Position numbers and translations under genes: made by a program. A DNA stretch of 64,000 bases from an uncultured Pseudomonadales bacterium (lineage in GTDB: Bacteria > Patescibacteriota > Microgenomatia > UBA1400 > Chazhemtobacteraceae), in the NCBI GenBank assembly GCA_964618725.1, contig CAZUBK010000001.1, positions 196,908 through 260,907 of the forward strand, read 5' to 3'. Positions 1 to 8,737 of the stretch are shown piece by piece. Below the pieces are notes generated by a model. It did not search any database, was not told the DNA's origin, and worked only from the letters and a program-made list of their open reading frames with translations. Position 1 is the stretch's first letter; each line of letters opens with the position of its first letter.

Positions 1-745
1 GGGCACGTAGACCCCAATCTTCGTCAACTAATAGAGCATTGTAGGTCTGCCAGGTCTCACATGGACCAATCTTTTTTAGAGTCGACATCTTGATCATGAC
101 AAACATATTCCAAGGAGCATGACATTTGACTGGACTGATGGGAAAATCGAGCAGATCTATTACCTTCTTGCTGGTAGACCTCCCAAGAAAACCAGCCCAA
201 TGGAGTAGAGAGTCAATTATTGGGAGTCCTCTCCACCACTCATCGGAGAGTGTGTGAAACTGAAAGAGTTTTCTTTTCTCCCAACCTTTTTGTTCCAGGT
301 AATCCTTAAACCATCCTGGTCGAGTGGGAGGTCCATAATAATAGTCGGCATAAAGATAGTTAGATTCATCAAAATTAATCCAACCGACGGGTTCTTTCAA
401 AGTACCCAGTATTCTTTTTACCTTGGAGAAGAAATTGGGAGTAAGAAGTTTAATATCGTCATGAGCCTTGATGAAATAATCGCAGTCGGAAGAGAGCTTA
501 ATGGCCTTATTAATAAAGTCAGCCCAGTAGACAGTTGCCTCTGGCAAAAAAACAAAACGTTTGGGATATCGGCGACGCTTTTTTTGAAGATAGTCCTTGA
601 TGGTTTGTTTGATTTTGGGATCAGTGGAGATAACGAAACGATAAGAACACCTGCCAATGTTCTTCTCGATTGACTCGATGGTTGTTTTAACCAAAGAAAG
701 AGTTGAGGCGGGTGATCCGATGCGAATGGCAATGGCAAGATCCAT
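1..745 (-). CDS. Partial GT-A fold glycosyltransferase (GT2-like). Start codon is at complement 743..745; the 3' end runs off the left edge of the window.
   Basis: My hand translation of the minus strand gives 248 codons with no stop (MDLAIAIRIGS...FVISTDP...AHDDIKLL...VDEDWGLRA). The DxD-like AHDD and the C-terminal ED-x-D-x3-R motif are GT2-like. It is absent from the ORF track only because there is no stop inside the window. The plus-strand ORFs 254..673 and 703..885 are its shadows. Confidence 0.55.
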   Translation of the reverse strand, partial: MDLAIAIRIGSPASTLSLVKTTIESIEKNIGRCSYRFVISTDPKIKQTIKDYLQKKRRRYPKRFVFLPEATVYWADFINKAIKLSSDCDYFIKAHDDIKLLTPNFFSKVKRILGTLKEPVGWINFDESNYLYADYYYGPPTRPGWFKDYLEQKGWEKRKLFQFHTLSDEWWRGLPIIDSLLHWAGFLGRSTSKKVIDLLDFPISPVKCHAPWNMFVMIKMSTLKKIGPCETWQTYNALLVDEDWGLRA

Positions 746-756
746 GTATCTTCAGA

Positions 757-1626
757 TTAACCTTTTCGACGAAGTTTGGCTCTAATGGGGAGTTCGGAAT
801 CGAGAACTTGTTTTATTCCGTCTCCTCTTGCTTTTTCGAATCGGCGAATATCACGGATCATAATTTCAAAACCTTTTGGTTCTAGACTAGCTGCCTGATC
901 AGATCCCCAGAGGGAGCGATCCATGGTAATGTGTCGTTCGATAAGATTTGCACCCATCACGGCAGAGGCCACTGACAAGACGACACCTTTCTCGTGACCA
1001 CTGTAGCCGACAGGAATGTTAAACCGTTCCTTAAGGATATTGATGACAGCAAGATTTAGCTCTTCATCTTCGGATGGGTAGGTGGAGACACAGTGAAGAA
1101 GAATCAGTTGGTCGTCACCCAAGACATTAACTGCGTCGTCAACTTCACGCATAGTACTCATTCCGGTAGAGAGAATGATTGGTTTACCAGTTGATCGGAT
1201 ATAACGTAGAAGATTGTGGTCGGTTAGTGAGGCGGAGGCAATTTTGTAGGCCGGGACGTTGAATTCCTCTAAGAAATCAACACTCGCCTCATCCCAAGGT
1301 GAGGCGAACCAAACAATACCTTGTTCTTTAGCGAAACGGTCAATTTCACGGTACTGTTGCAGGCCTAACTCGAGACCGAGTTTGAGATCGCGATTAGTTG
1401 ACCCAAAGACGCTTTCACGTACTCGATTCAATTCTTCTTCTGTATAAACTACCTCGACAGTTCTTTTCTGGAATTTAACTGCATCAGCACCCGTATCAGT
1501 GGCCATCTTAATCAATTCTTTGGCCAGCTCGACGGAGCCATTATGATTAATGCCGATCTCGCCAATGATGTAACACGGGTTTCCATCACCAATCCTTTTT
1601 TCTCCAACCAAGACTTCTTTGCTCAT
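757..1626 (-). CDS. neuB: NeuB-family nonulosonic acid (sialic, legionaminic or pseudaminic acid) synthase. It is a short form lacking the C-terminal SAF/antifreeze-like domain.
   Basis: IIGEIGINHNGSVELAKELIKMATDTGADAVKFQ is the NeuB/PseI/LegI TIM-barrel signature. The protein is 289 aa against about 340-350 for canonical NeuB, and there is no room for a separate SAF ORF before the next gene. Confidence 0.8.
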   Translation of the reverse strand: MSKEVLVGEKRIGDGNPCYIIGEIGINHNGSVELAKELIKMATDTGADAVKFQKRTVEVVYTEEELNRVRESVFGSTNRDLKLGLELGLQQYREIDRFAKEQGIVWFASPWDEASVDFLEEFNVPAYKIASASLTDHNLLRYIRSTGKPIILSTGMSTMREVDDAVNVLGDDQLILLHCVSTYPSEDEELNLAVINILKERFNIPVGYSGHEKGVVLSVASAVMGANLIERHITMDRSLWGSDQAASLEPKGFEIMIRDIRRFEKARGDGIKQVLDSELPIRAKLRRKG

Positions 1627-1680
1627 GCGTCGTATACTACTAGTTGAAAATTACAAAAGCAAGAAGATTCTTCACAACGC

Positions 1681-2253
1681 ATGATAGCGATAGAAAAACA
1701 AATAAGTGAGAGTATCAAAACTAAACTGCTGATTCTGGAAGATGCCGATTTTATTGGTCAAATCAAAAAAATAGCACAGACTCTGGCTAGAACAATACAG
1801 TCGGGGAACAAAATACTAGTGGTGGGAAATGGAGGAAGTGCTGCCGACGCACAACATTTTGCGGCAGAATTCGTTGGTCGTTTTATGCGGGAAAGAAAGG
1901 GTTACCCAGTGATTGCCTTAACCACTGACAGTTCATTTTTGACGGCCTGGGGAAATGATGTGAGTTTTGACACTGTTTTTTCGAGGCAAGTTCAAGCGTT
2001 GTCTCAAACAGGCGATGCCTTGGTGGGGATCTCTACAAGCGGACAATCACTTAACGTGGTCAATGCATTTAAAATAGCAAGAGAACAGGGTTTAGAAACT
2101 GTGGCTTTACTAGGAAAAGGAGGAGGAGTGATGAAAGACATCGTCGATGAAGCATTGATTGTTCCCTCTGACACGACACCGAGAATCCAGGAAGCTCATA
2201 TCATGATCATTCATCTCATTTGCGATCTGGTTGAGACTTCACTATCGTCTTGA
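1681..2253 (+). CDS. gmhA: SIS-domain phosphoheptose isomerase (sedoheptulose-7-phosphate isomerase GmhA family).
   Basis: VVGNGGSAADAQHFAAEF and ISTSGQSLNV motifs and the roughly 190 aa size fit GmhA/DiaA-type SIS proteins. Confidence 0.75.
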   Translation: MIAIEKQISESIKTKLLILEDADFIGQIKKIAQTLARTIQSGNKILVVGNGGSAADAQHFAAEFVGRFMRERKGYPVIALTTDSSFLTAWGNDVSFDTVFSRQVQALSQTGDALVGISTSGQSLNVVNAFKIAREQGLETVALLGKGGGVMKDIVDEALIVPSDTTPRIQEAHIMIIHLICDLVETSLSS

Positions 2254-3505
2254 TCGGCATGGCTTGACTGATCCAGTGAGTGTCGTAAAGGAGGATACCG
2301 GGTCGAGTGCCATTTCGTAACAGTGAACGCCGAGTGGCAGGATCGTGAAGATTGATCTCGATATTAGAGTATTCATCAAAAGTCATGCCATCGGGGATAC
2401 CGAGAGTGACCCTAAAATAGTAGGTACCCTGATTAAGGGAAAAGTCATGTGGCGGGAAAAAAGAGAAAGTGGTTTGGTAAATACCGGGACGGCGTTTAGC
2501 GAGAAGTCGTGGATTATTGTCGGTATCAGAAGAAAAAAAGATGTAGTTTTCCCTTTGATCAGTAAGTGAGATGCCGATGTGCGCTCCAATGATTGGAGTC
2601 TTGATCTCGTACTCGATATGAACCTTGATTGGTTCAAAGATATCAAAGTGAGATGAGGGCTCATTTTTAGTATTGGTAACTTCAATGGAACGAAGCTGCT
2701 GCTTAATGTCTGGGTGACTCTTAAAAGTGTATTTAATTTGCTGAAGGTCGGTTTTGTGATGTAAGTAGAGTTTGACTATTTCAGAAGTCGGACCGATGGC
2801 TTTAACAATACCTTTGTCGATGTATAAGGAGCGTTGACAAAGATTTTGAATTGCCCCTAGATTGTGACTAATGAATAAAACTGTTCGTCCTTCTTGGGTT
2901 GTAACCTGACTGATTTTCCCAAGACACTTCTTTTGGAATGCGGCATCACCGACGGCGAGGACTTCATCAATTAAGAGAATCTCGGGCTCGAGGTGGGCTG
3001 CGACAGCAAAAGCCAACCGCATGTACATACCTGAGGAATAATGTTTAACGGGAGTATCGAGAAAAGTCTCAATTCCAGAGAAGTCAACTATTTCGTCAAA
3101 TTTGCTTTTGATTTCTCGGCGAGTCATACCCAGAATAGCGCCATTTAAAAATATGTTCTCTCTGCCTGTGAGTTCTTGGTGGAAACCAGTACCGACTTCA
3201 AGAAGACTAGCTAGCCGACCACGGAGAGTGATATTACCTCGAGTGGGAGGGGTAATACGACTGAGAACTTTGAGAATAGTACTTTTACCCGCTCCATTAC
3301 CGCCGATGATACCCAGAGCCTCACCTTGATTGACATCAAAGGTCACATTCTTAAGAGCCCAGAACTCACTTTCTTTCAGTGAAGTAGTTTGCTTACTAAA
3401 AAGTCTGGGTAATTTGACCAGAGTGTCACGCAGGGAGAGATATTTAGTCTGTTGGCCTTTCTTATACTTTTTATAGAGACCGCAAACTTCAATTATGGGT
3501 TTCAT
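2216..3505 (-). CDS. wzt: ABC transporter ATP-binding protein for glycan export (Wzt/TagH type). It has a C-terminal extension of about 180 aa, plausibly a carbohydrate-binding domain.
   Basis: Walker A GGNGAGKST, ABC signature LSGGMYMRLAFA and Walker B LLIDEVLAVGD are present. The 429 aa length against about 250 for a bare NBD gives the extension. A Wzm permease gene lies immediately downstream on the same strand. Confidence 0.85.
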   Translation of the reverse strand: MKPIIEVCGLYKKYKKGQQTKYLSLRDTLVKLPRLFSKQTTSLKESEFWALKNVTFDVNQGEALGIIGGNGAGKSTILKVLSRITPPTRGNITLRGRLASLLEVGTGFHQELTGRENIFLNGAILGMTRREIKSKFDEIVDFSGIETFLDTPVKHYSSGMYMRLAFAVAAHLEPEILLIDEVLAVGDAAFQKKCLGKISQVTTQEGRTVLFISHNLGAIQNLCQRSLYIDKGIVKAIGPTSEIVKLYLHHKTDLQQIKYTFKSHPDIKQQLRSIEVTNTKNEPSSHFDIFEPIKVHIEYEIKTPIIGAHIGISLTDQRENYIFFSSDTDNNPRLLAKRRPGIYQTTFSFFPPHDFSLNQGTYYFRVTLGIPDGMTFDEYSNIEINLHDPATRRSLLRNGTRPGILLYDTHWISQAMPIKTIVKSQPDRK

Positions 3506-4320
3506 ACAAGGTCAGCAAAATATTTTTCTGTGTGCTTGAAGTAAGATAGGCCGACAAAGAAACAAAATAGAGAAACGAGTAAGGCTATGGTCAGTGATGC
3601 CGGTTGGAAGTGGCCGATCTGAGTCAAGATAATTCGCGAGGACTCGATTACACCCGTAAGAGGATTGAGGCTAAGAAAGAGCTTACCCAATGGTCTAACT
3701 ATATCGGTTGGATAAATAACGGGAGTGAGAAAAATGAGAATCTGAATAAAGAAAGGTAAAACGTAACGGACGTCGCGATATTTAACATTGAGTGAAGCCA
3801 ATAGCAAACCTAGACCGCAAGCCGTGGTGGCTACAATAAGTAGACTTAGGGGCACAAGGAGGATAGACCATATACTTGGTATATATCCATTTATCAAGGT
3901 AAAGGCTAGAAGAAGGACAAAGTTGATAAGGAAGTCGACAGTGCTGGTAAGCACAGAGGAAATAGGAAGAATAACTTTAGGAAAGTAGGCTTTTTTGATT
4001 ATGTTTTCATTCTCGATGAGAGAGTTACTGGCTGAAGTTAGTGCCGAAGAAAAGAAATTCCAATAGACGAGCCCAAAGAAGACAAATAGAGAATAAGGTA
4101 AGTCGCCGGACGAGATTCTGGCGATATTGCCAAAAAAGATAGTAAAGATTACTGTAGTTAAAACAGGCTGGAGGACAGCCCATACGACGCCGAGAAAGGT
4201 TTGTTTGTAGCGGACTTTTAGGTTACGCCAAACAAAGATAAGAAAGAGGTCACGAAACTGCCACAACTCGGTAAGATCGAAGAAAAGTTGCTGTTTTGGT
4301 TTGATGATAGTAACTTGCAT
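3502..4320 (-). CDS. wzm: ABC-2 type transporter permease (Wzm/TagG family) for polysaccharide or teichoic-acid-like export.
   Basis: It is a 272 aa polytopic membrane protein with an ABC-2 family N-terminus (FWQFRDLFLIFVWRNLKVRYKQTFLGVVWAVLQP) and a 4-nt overlap with wzt. Confidence 0.8.
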   Translation of the reverse strand: MQVTIIKPKQQLFFDLTELWQFRDLFLIFVWRNLKVRYKQTFLGVVWAVLQPVLTTVIFTIFFGNIARISSGDLPYSLFVFFGLVYWNFFSSALTSASNSLIENENIIKKAYFPKVILPISSVLTSTVDFLINFVLLLAFTLINGYIPSIWSILLVPLSLLIVATTACGLGLLLASLNVKYRDVRYVLPFFIQILIFLTPVIYPTDIVRPLGKLFLSLNPLTGVIESSRIILTQIGHFQPASLTIALLVSLFCFFVGLSYFKHTEKYFADLV

Positions 4321-4325
4321 CGTAG

Positions 4326-5402
4326 CTATTTTATACTCTTGAGTCGTTGATTAACAAATCTCTTGAAATCAGGAAAACTTTTGGGGAGGAAAATATGCTC
4401 GGTGGAAATGAGGCGCAGTTTAGTAACTAAATCTGGATCACGGGCGACGAGAGGATACAAACCAATGTTGGCGTAGAATGAATCTTGATCCTGTGGGTAC
4501 ATCAGCGTTGTACTAATGATGCCTATATTGAATTCTAGTTTAGGATGAAGCAGAAGTTCGGCTGGAAGCACATTTAGTTTCGGGTCGGCCAGTTTTTCTA
4601 GATCCTCAGAAAGTGAGACTATTACTCTTGGGTGTTTCTTGAAAATGATTTGACCTTCTTTCGGGTACTTAATTTTCAAGAAATTAACAACCTTGGTTAA
4701 GTATAGATTGCGTTTCTTGGGATCAATGTAGCGATTGTCAGAATCTCCGTCGACAAGAATCAAAACTTTGTGACTGGTGATAGAGCGGCCAAAAAACCTT
4801 CTTTTTATGATGTTGTATTTCCTGTAATTGACTTGTGGAGTAAGGGACTCGATATGATATAAGTTGAAAAATTGGTTCGATAGTGTGGCCGCAGATGTAC
4901 GATCGCGGAGAACAACTTTTACTCCATCAAGACCATAGACAGTTCTCAGCAATAGGGTTTCCCAAGGACGGTGGGGTAGCTGATTGGAAGAAGGAGAGAC
5001 ACTATAAAAGTAGATTTGATTTTGCCGGGAAAGTTTTTGTATTATCTTAAACCCTGTTTCCCAAAAGATCTGGCTGAAGAAATAAATATTTGCATGTTTG
5101 ATCTGAGAGAAGTGTTTTTGGAAAAAATGCTCGAACTTGCGTCGATGATACAAAACAGTCAGAGGTGAGGGTGAAACAACAGGAGAGTTGAGATATGGGA
5201 GAAAAAGTACCTTGACCTTTTGATAAATAGGAAATTGTTTCACTAGTTCAAACAAGGATGATTCACTGATCACTAATGTCACTGAAGAAAAGGGTATTGG
5301 TCGAGTAGAGAGAATTTCCAGGACTTGGTTGAGGCTGGTGTAATTGGCGCAGAAGAAATAATGTTTATCCTTTTTGGACACTGGCTTATGGGAAGTACAC
5401 AA
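4326..5402 (-). CDS. Putative GT-B-like glycosyl or glycerophospho transferase with an HP motif (TagF/KpsS/sialyltransferase-like), function unknown.
   Basis: This is a 358 aa soluble protein with D-rich LILVDGDSDNRY followed by KKHPRV. That resembles the D/E-D/E-G plus HP motif pair shared by bacterial sialyltransferases, capsule Kdo-transferases and TagF-type enzymes. It sits next to wzm/wzt and near neuA/neuB. Confidence 0.4.
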   Translation of the reverse strand: MCTSHKPVSKKDKHYFFCANYTSLNQVLEILSTRPIPFSSVTLVISESSLFELVKQFPIYQKVKVLFLPYLNSPVVSPSPLTVLYHRRKFEHFFQKHFSQIKHANIYFFSQIFWETGFKIIQKLSRQNQIYFYSVSPSSNQLPHRPWETLLLRTVYGLDGVKVVLRDRTSAATLSNQFFNLYHIESLTPQVNYRKYNIIKRRFFGRSITSHKVLILVDGDSDNRYIDPKKRNLYLTKVVNFLKIKYPKEGQIIFKKHPRVIVSLSEDLEKLADPKLNVLPAELLLHPKLEFNIGIISTTLMYPQDQDSFYANIGLYPLVARDPDLVTKLRLISTEHIFLPKSFPDFKRFVNQRLKSIK

Positions 5403-5406
5403 AAAC

Positions 5407-5435
5407 TTGTGAAACGTAATCTTATTACCTAGAAT
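5407..5435 (+). promoter_or_regulatory. Sigma70-like promoter TTGTGA-17-TAGAAT for the SDR/TIM-barrel/SDR operon.
   Basis: Hexamers read directly: ttgtga, a 17-nt spacer, then tagaat, ending about 7 nt before the GTG at 5443. Confidence 0.35.
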
Positions 5436-5442
5436 ACAACCT

Positions 5443-6240
5443 GTGAGAAGAAAAGAGAAGAGTAAAAAGACAGTTTTTGAACTTGCCTCATTGAAAGGGA
5501 AAACAGCAGTCGTGACTGGAGGGGGGGGACATCTAGGGTATCAAATGAGTCTGTGTCTCTTGGAACTGGGGGCTGAAGTGATAGTAATAGGACAAACGGC
5601 AGAGAAGATCAAGGGATTAGTAAGGCTGTTTGGAAAAAAGATAAGCTTCTTGCAAATAGATCTGAACGACAGGGAAGCAATTACGTCACTTAAGAAAAGG
5701 TTGCCAAAGTCCTTGGATATACTGATAAACAACGCCTATACTTGGCCAAAGAATGTTCATCTGGAATCTCTTGATTGGGACGACGTCGTCAAGACTTTTG
5801 TTACCGGTTCTATCTCGCCGCTTTTTTTGTCGAAAATCGCATTTGAGAAAATGAAGAAAGGAGGATCGATCATTAATGTTGCCTCAATGTATGGAGTGGT
5901 TTCTCCAGATTTTAGGATATATCGAGACAGTGGAATGGGGAATGCCGCCCATTATGGAGCAACTAAGGCGGCACTTATTCAGATGACAAAATACTTAGCA
6001 GTAAAGGGTGGGCCATTGAATATTCGGGTAAATGCGATAAGTCCGGGACCTTTTTCCCGACCAGGTTCGTTTGATAATGGTAAGGAGTGGTTTCATGAAG
6101 AATTAATAAACAAGGTTCCTTTAGGACGGATTGGTGAGAATTGGGAACTGAAGGGGGTAATTGCCTTGTTGTCCAGTGATCTTGGGACTTACATAACAGG
6201 TCAAAACATATCAGTTGATGGTGGCTGGACCATTTGGTAA
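5443..6240 (+). CDS. SDR-family NAD(P)-dependent oxidoreductase. The start is uncertain: GTG at 5443 or TTG at 5488.
   Basis: TGGGGHLGY glycine-rich Rossmann motif, YGATKAAL (YxxxK) and NNAY are present. The gene contains a G8 homopolymer at 5521..5528. Confidence 0.8.
   Translation: MRRKEKSKKTVFELASLKGKTAVVTGGGGHLGYQMSLCLLELGAEVIVIGQTAEKIKGLVRLFGKKISFLQIDLNDREAITSLKKRLPKSLDILINNAYTWPKNVHLESLDWDDVVKTFVTGSISPLFLSKIAFEKMKKGGSIINVASMYGVVSPDFRIYRDSGMGNAAHYGATKAALIQMTKYLAVKGGPLNIRVNAISPGPFSRPGSFDNGKEWFHEELINKVPLGRIGENWELKGVIALLSSDLGTYITGQNISVDGGWTIW
5521..5528. repeat. G8 homopolymer inside the SDR gene (encodes the TGGGGH part of the glycine motif).
   Basis: Read directly as gggggggg. It is a candidate slipped-strand tract. 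Confidence 0.6.
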
Positions 6241-6245
6241 ACAGG

Positions 6246-7091
6246 ATGAGTAAGAAGATAACAATTGGTATATTTCAAGGCAGACTAACACCTTCTAAAG
6301 GAAGAGGGATTCAGTTTTTTCCTTTTGAAGAATGGAGAGAAGAGTTTCCAATGATGAATAAGCTAGGACTAGATGAAGTTGAATTTATATTTGATATGGA
6401 GAGACTTGAGGAGAATCCCCTATGGATGTCGGGAGGGACTAAGGAGATTGCGAAGTTGGCCAGAGAGAATCAGATTGAGATAAAACATATTTGCGCAGAT
6501 TATTTTATGAGAAAACCGTTTCACAAATTGAAACCAGAGGAAAGAAAAATAAACGTGCAATTACTTAAGGCCTTGTTATACCAAGCCAAGGAAGTGGGAG
6601 CGGAGGACATTGAGATTCCGTTACTCGATAACTCAAGCATGAAAACTGAGGAAGACAAAAAGATATTTGCTGATGCGCTTCTTGAGGGTCTTGAGGAAGC
6701 AAAACATTTAGAAATGAATATTAGCTTGGAAGCAGACCTGCCGCCGGAGGAGTTTCAAAGATTCCTATCGAATATGGCCTCCCCCAACTTGAAAGTAACG
6801 TATGATAGTGGGAATAGTAGTGCGCTAGGTTATGATGCCAAGGAAGAACTGGAGGTATTGGGGAAGTACTTAAGTAATTTTCATCTGAAGGATCGTGTTA
6901 AAGGGAACGGAACTGTACCACTAGGAACCGGGGATGCGAATTTTGATGAGGTATTCTTGGGATTGAAAAAGGCGAACTATCGTGGCAGTATAACGCTACA
7001 AGTAGCGCGGGGTGAGGAGGGAAGGGAAGAAATGACGACAGCAGAACATATTGTCTTCCTTAATCAATATTTAGAGAAATATCAGCTTTAA
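6246..7091 (+). CDS. Xylose-isomerase-like TIM-barrel sugar(-phosphate) isomerase/epimerase. The track ORF starts at TTG 6234; the ATG at 6246 is preferred.
   Basis: The roughly 280 aa size, the FHLKD (H-x-D) motif and the conserved E/D pattern are typical of the AP-endonuclease-2/xylose-isomerase-like fold. It sits between two SDR genes. Confidence 0.6.
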   Translation: MSKKITIGIFQGRLTPSKGRGIQFFPFEEWREEFPMMNKLGLDEVEFIFDMERLEENPLWMSGGTKEIAKLARENQIEIKHICADYFMRKPFHKLKPEERKINVQLLKALLYQAKEVGAEDIEIPLLDNSSMKTEEDKKIFADALLEGLEEAKHLEMNISLEADLPPEEFQRFLSNMASPNLKVTYDSGNSSALGYDAKEELEVLGKYLSNFHLKDRVKGNGTVPLGTGDANFDEVFLGLKKANYRGSITLQVARGEEGREEMTTAEHIVFLNQYLEKYQL

Positions 7092-7093
7092 AG

Positions 7094-7927
7094 ATGAAAC
7101 GAGAGACATTGGGATTGTTTAGCTTGAAAGGGAGAAAAGCGATTATTACCGGAGGGGCTGGCTTTTTGGGCCCTCGTCACGCAGAAGCGCTTTTGGATGC
7201 AGGTGCTGAGGTGGTTCTGGTTGATATCAACAAAGATAGATTAAAGGAAACTACTGACCGACTAAGATCTAAATATGGGAAAGGGGTCTATGGATATCGA
7301 TGTGATATCACTAGTGAGAAGAAAGTGATGGCCTTTTTTGAGAAAGTGACTAAGAAACATGGCTTTTTTGATATTCTGATTAATAATGCGGCAAATAATC
7401 CTATTGTAACTTCTGAGGGATTAAAGAATTTGACTCGATTCGAAAACTTCCCCGTTAGTACTTGGAATGAAGACTTCGCAGTTGGAGTGACAGGGGCTTT
7501 TCTTTTGTCGCGCTTCTTCGGTCAGGAAATGGCTAAGAATAAAAGGGGTGTGATTCTTAATATAGCCTCAGAGTTGAGCACTACGGCGCCAAATCAGAGT
7601 TTATACAGAAAGAAGGGGGTATCGGAGGACAAACAACCAGTTAAACCGGTTTCTTATTCTGTCGTCAAACATGGAATAGTCGGTTTGAGCAAATACTTAT
7701 CTACATACTGGGCAGATAGGAAGGTCCGAGTTAATTCAGTATCTTTTGGTGGGGTATACAACAATCAACCGCCCGGATTTTTGAGGAGAATAAACAAACT
7801 GATACCAATGGGGCGGATGGCAAAAGATGGTGAGTATAAAGGGATAGTACTTTTCCTTTGTAGTGACGCCTCATCATATATGACGGGAGAGAATGTTGTA
7901 ATAGATGGTGGGCGAACGACCTGGTAG
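7094..7927 (+). CDS. SDR-family oxidoreductase.
   Basis: ITGGAGFLG Rossmann motif, NNAA, and a YSVVKHGIVG segment (YxxxK degenerate to H-type). Confidence 0.75.
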   Translation: MKRETLGLFSLKGRKAIITGGAGFLGPRHAEALLDAGAEVVLVDINKDRLKETTDRLRSKYGKGVYGYRCDITSEKKVMAFFEKVTKKHGFFDILINNAANNPIVTSEGLKNLTRFENFPVSTWNEDFAVGVTGAFLLSRFFGQEMAKNKRGVILNIASELSTTAPNQSLYRKKGVSEDKQPVKPVSYSVVKHGIVGLSKYLSTYWADRKVRVNSVSFGGVYNNQPPGFLRRINKLIPMGRMAKDGEYKGIVLFLCSDASSYMTGENVVIDGGRTTW

Positions 7928-7933
7928 AGAATC

Positions 7934-8737
7934 CTATTCTTTCTTTTTAGCTTTCCTCCAGATCTGATAGATTTCGTCTTTAACAATTCGCTGAAAGCCT
8001 AGTTTATTGAGAATGATTTCACTGTTTCTGATTTCTTTCTTGGTCAGCATATCTTGAAAGGGGTGGAACTCAATAAAAAGAGTTTTGAAGTGTTCCAGAT
8101 CTGTTTGGAACTCTTCGATGAACTTTTTCTCGGCGCCTTCGATATCCATAATAAGAGTGTCGAATTTGAGTTTGTATTTCTTTTCAAGCTGCTGAATAGT
8201 AGTAGTGGGTATGGAGACCGACTGATCGGTCTGGCGGATCTGGCTACCTCCGACAATCAGTTGATGGATGAAAAAGCGAACTTTTTTATCTTTGCTGACG
8301 ACTTTGTTTTCGATATTGAAACCGAGATTGTTTCTGTTTTTATTTATCATGAGATAGGGAATCAAATAAGGGTTAGCTTCGGCAACTACATATCTTCGCT
8401 TATCAGTGAGAAGACTATTAGCGAGACAGGTAACCACACCAATACAACCGCCTAATTCTAGAACACTGCTGTTTGGATTAAGCAGTTTAGAGATGTACTT
8501 AATCTCGCGTTCTTCATATGTTCGCCAAAGAAAACGGCCGCGAAAAGTTTTATTGGTTAACTCGTAGGGAATAGTAAAACGCAAGTTGGCGAGTCGGTAG
8601 TCTCTGAAGAAAATGTCAAAAAGAATCCCTCCAATGAAGCGCTTGATATCGCGATATGCGTAATGAAGGTACTCTCCAGGGGTCAGGGTGGGAGTGAAGT
8701 TAATTGATTTAAGAAGTAGTTTTATTAGCTTATTCAT
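7934..8737 (-). CDS. FkbM-family SAM-dependent methyltransferase.
   Basis: LELGGCIGVVTCLANS matches the FkbM motif I region. It is about 267 aa and is one of three FkbM paralogs in the window. Confidence 0.75.
   Translation of the reverse strand: MNKLIKLLLKSINFTPTLTPGEYLHYAYRDIKRFIGGILFDIFFRDYRLANLRFTIPYELTNKTFRGRFLWRTYEEREIKYISKLLNPNSSVLELGGCIGVVTCLANSLLTDKRRYVVAEANPYLIPYLMINKNRNNLGFNIENKVVSKDKKVRFFIHQLIVGGSQIRQTDQSVSIPTTTIQQLEKKYKLKFDTLIMDIEGAEKKFIEEFQTDLEHFKTLFIEFHPFQDMLTKKEIRNSEIILNKLGFQRIVKDEIYQIWRKAKKKE

Noticed and set aside
254-885. Plus-strand ORFs 254..673 and 703..885, and minus-strand ORF 418..738.
   Set aside because: Their translations are low-complexity and they overlap a 248-codon open minus-strand frame that encodes a coherent GT2-like protein starting at 745. 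I treat them as shadow ORFs.
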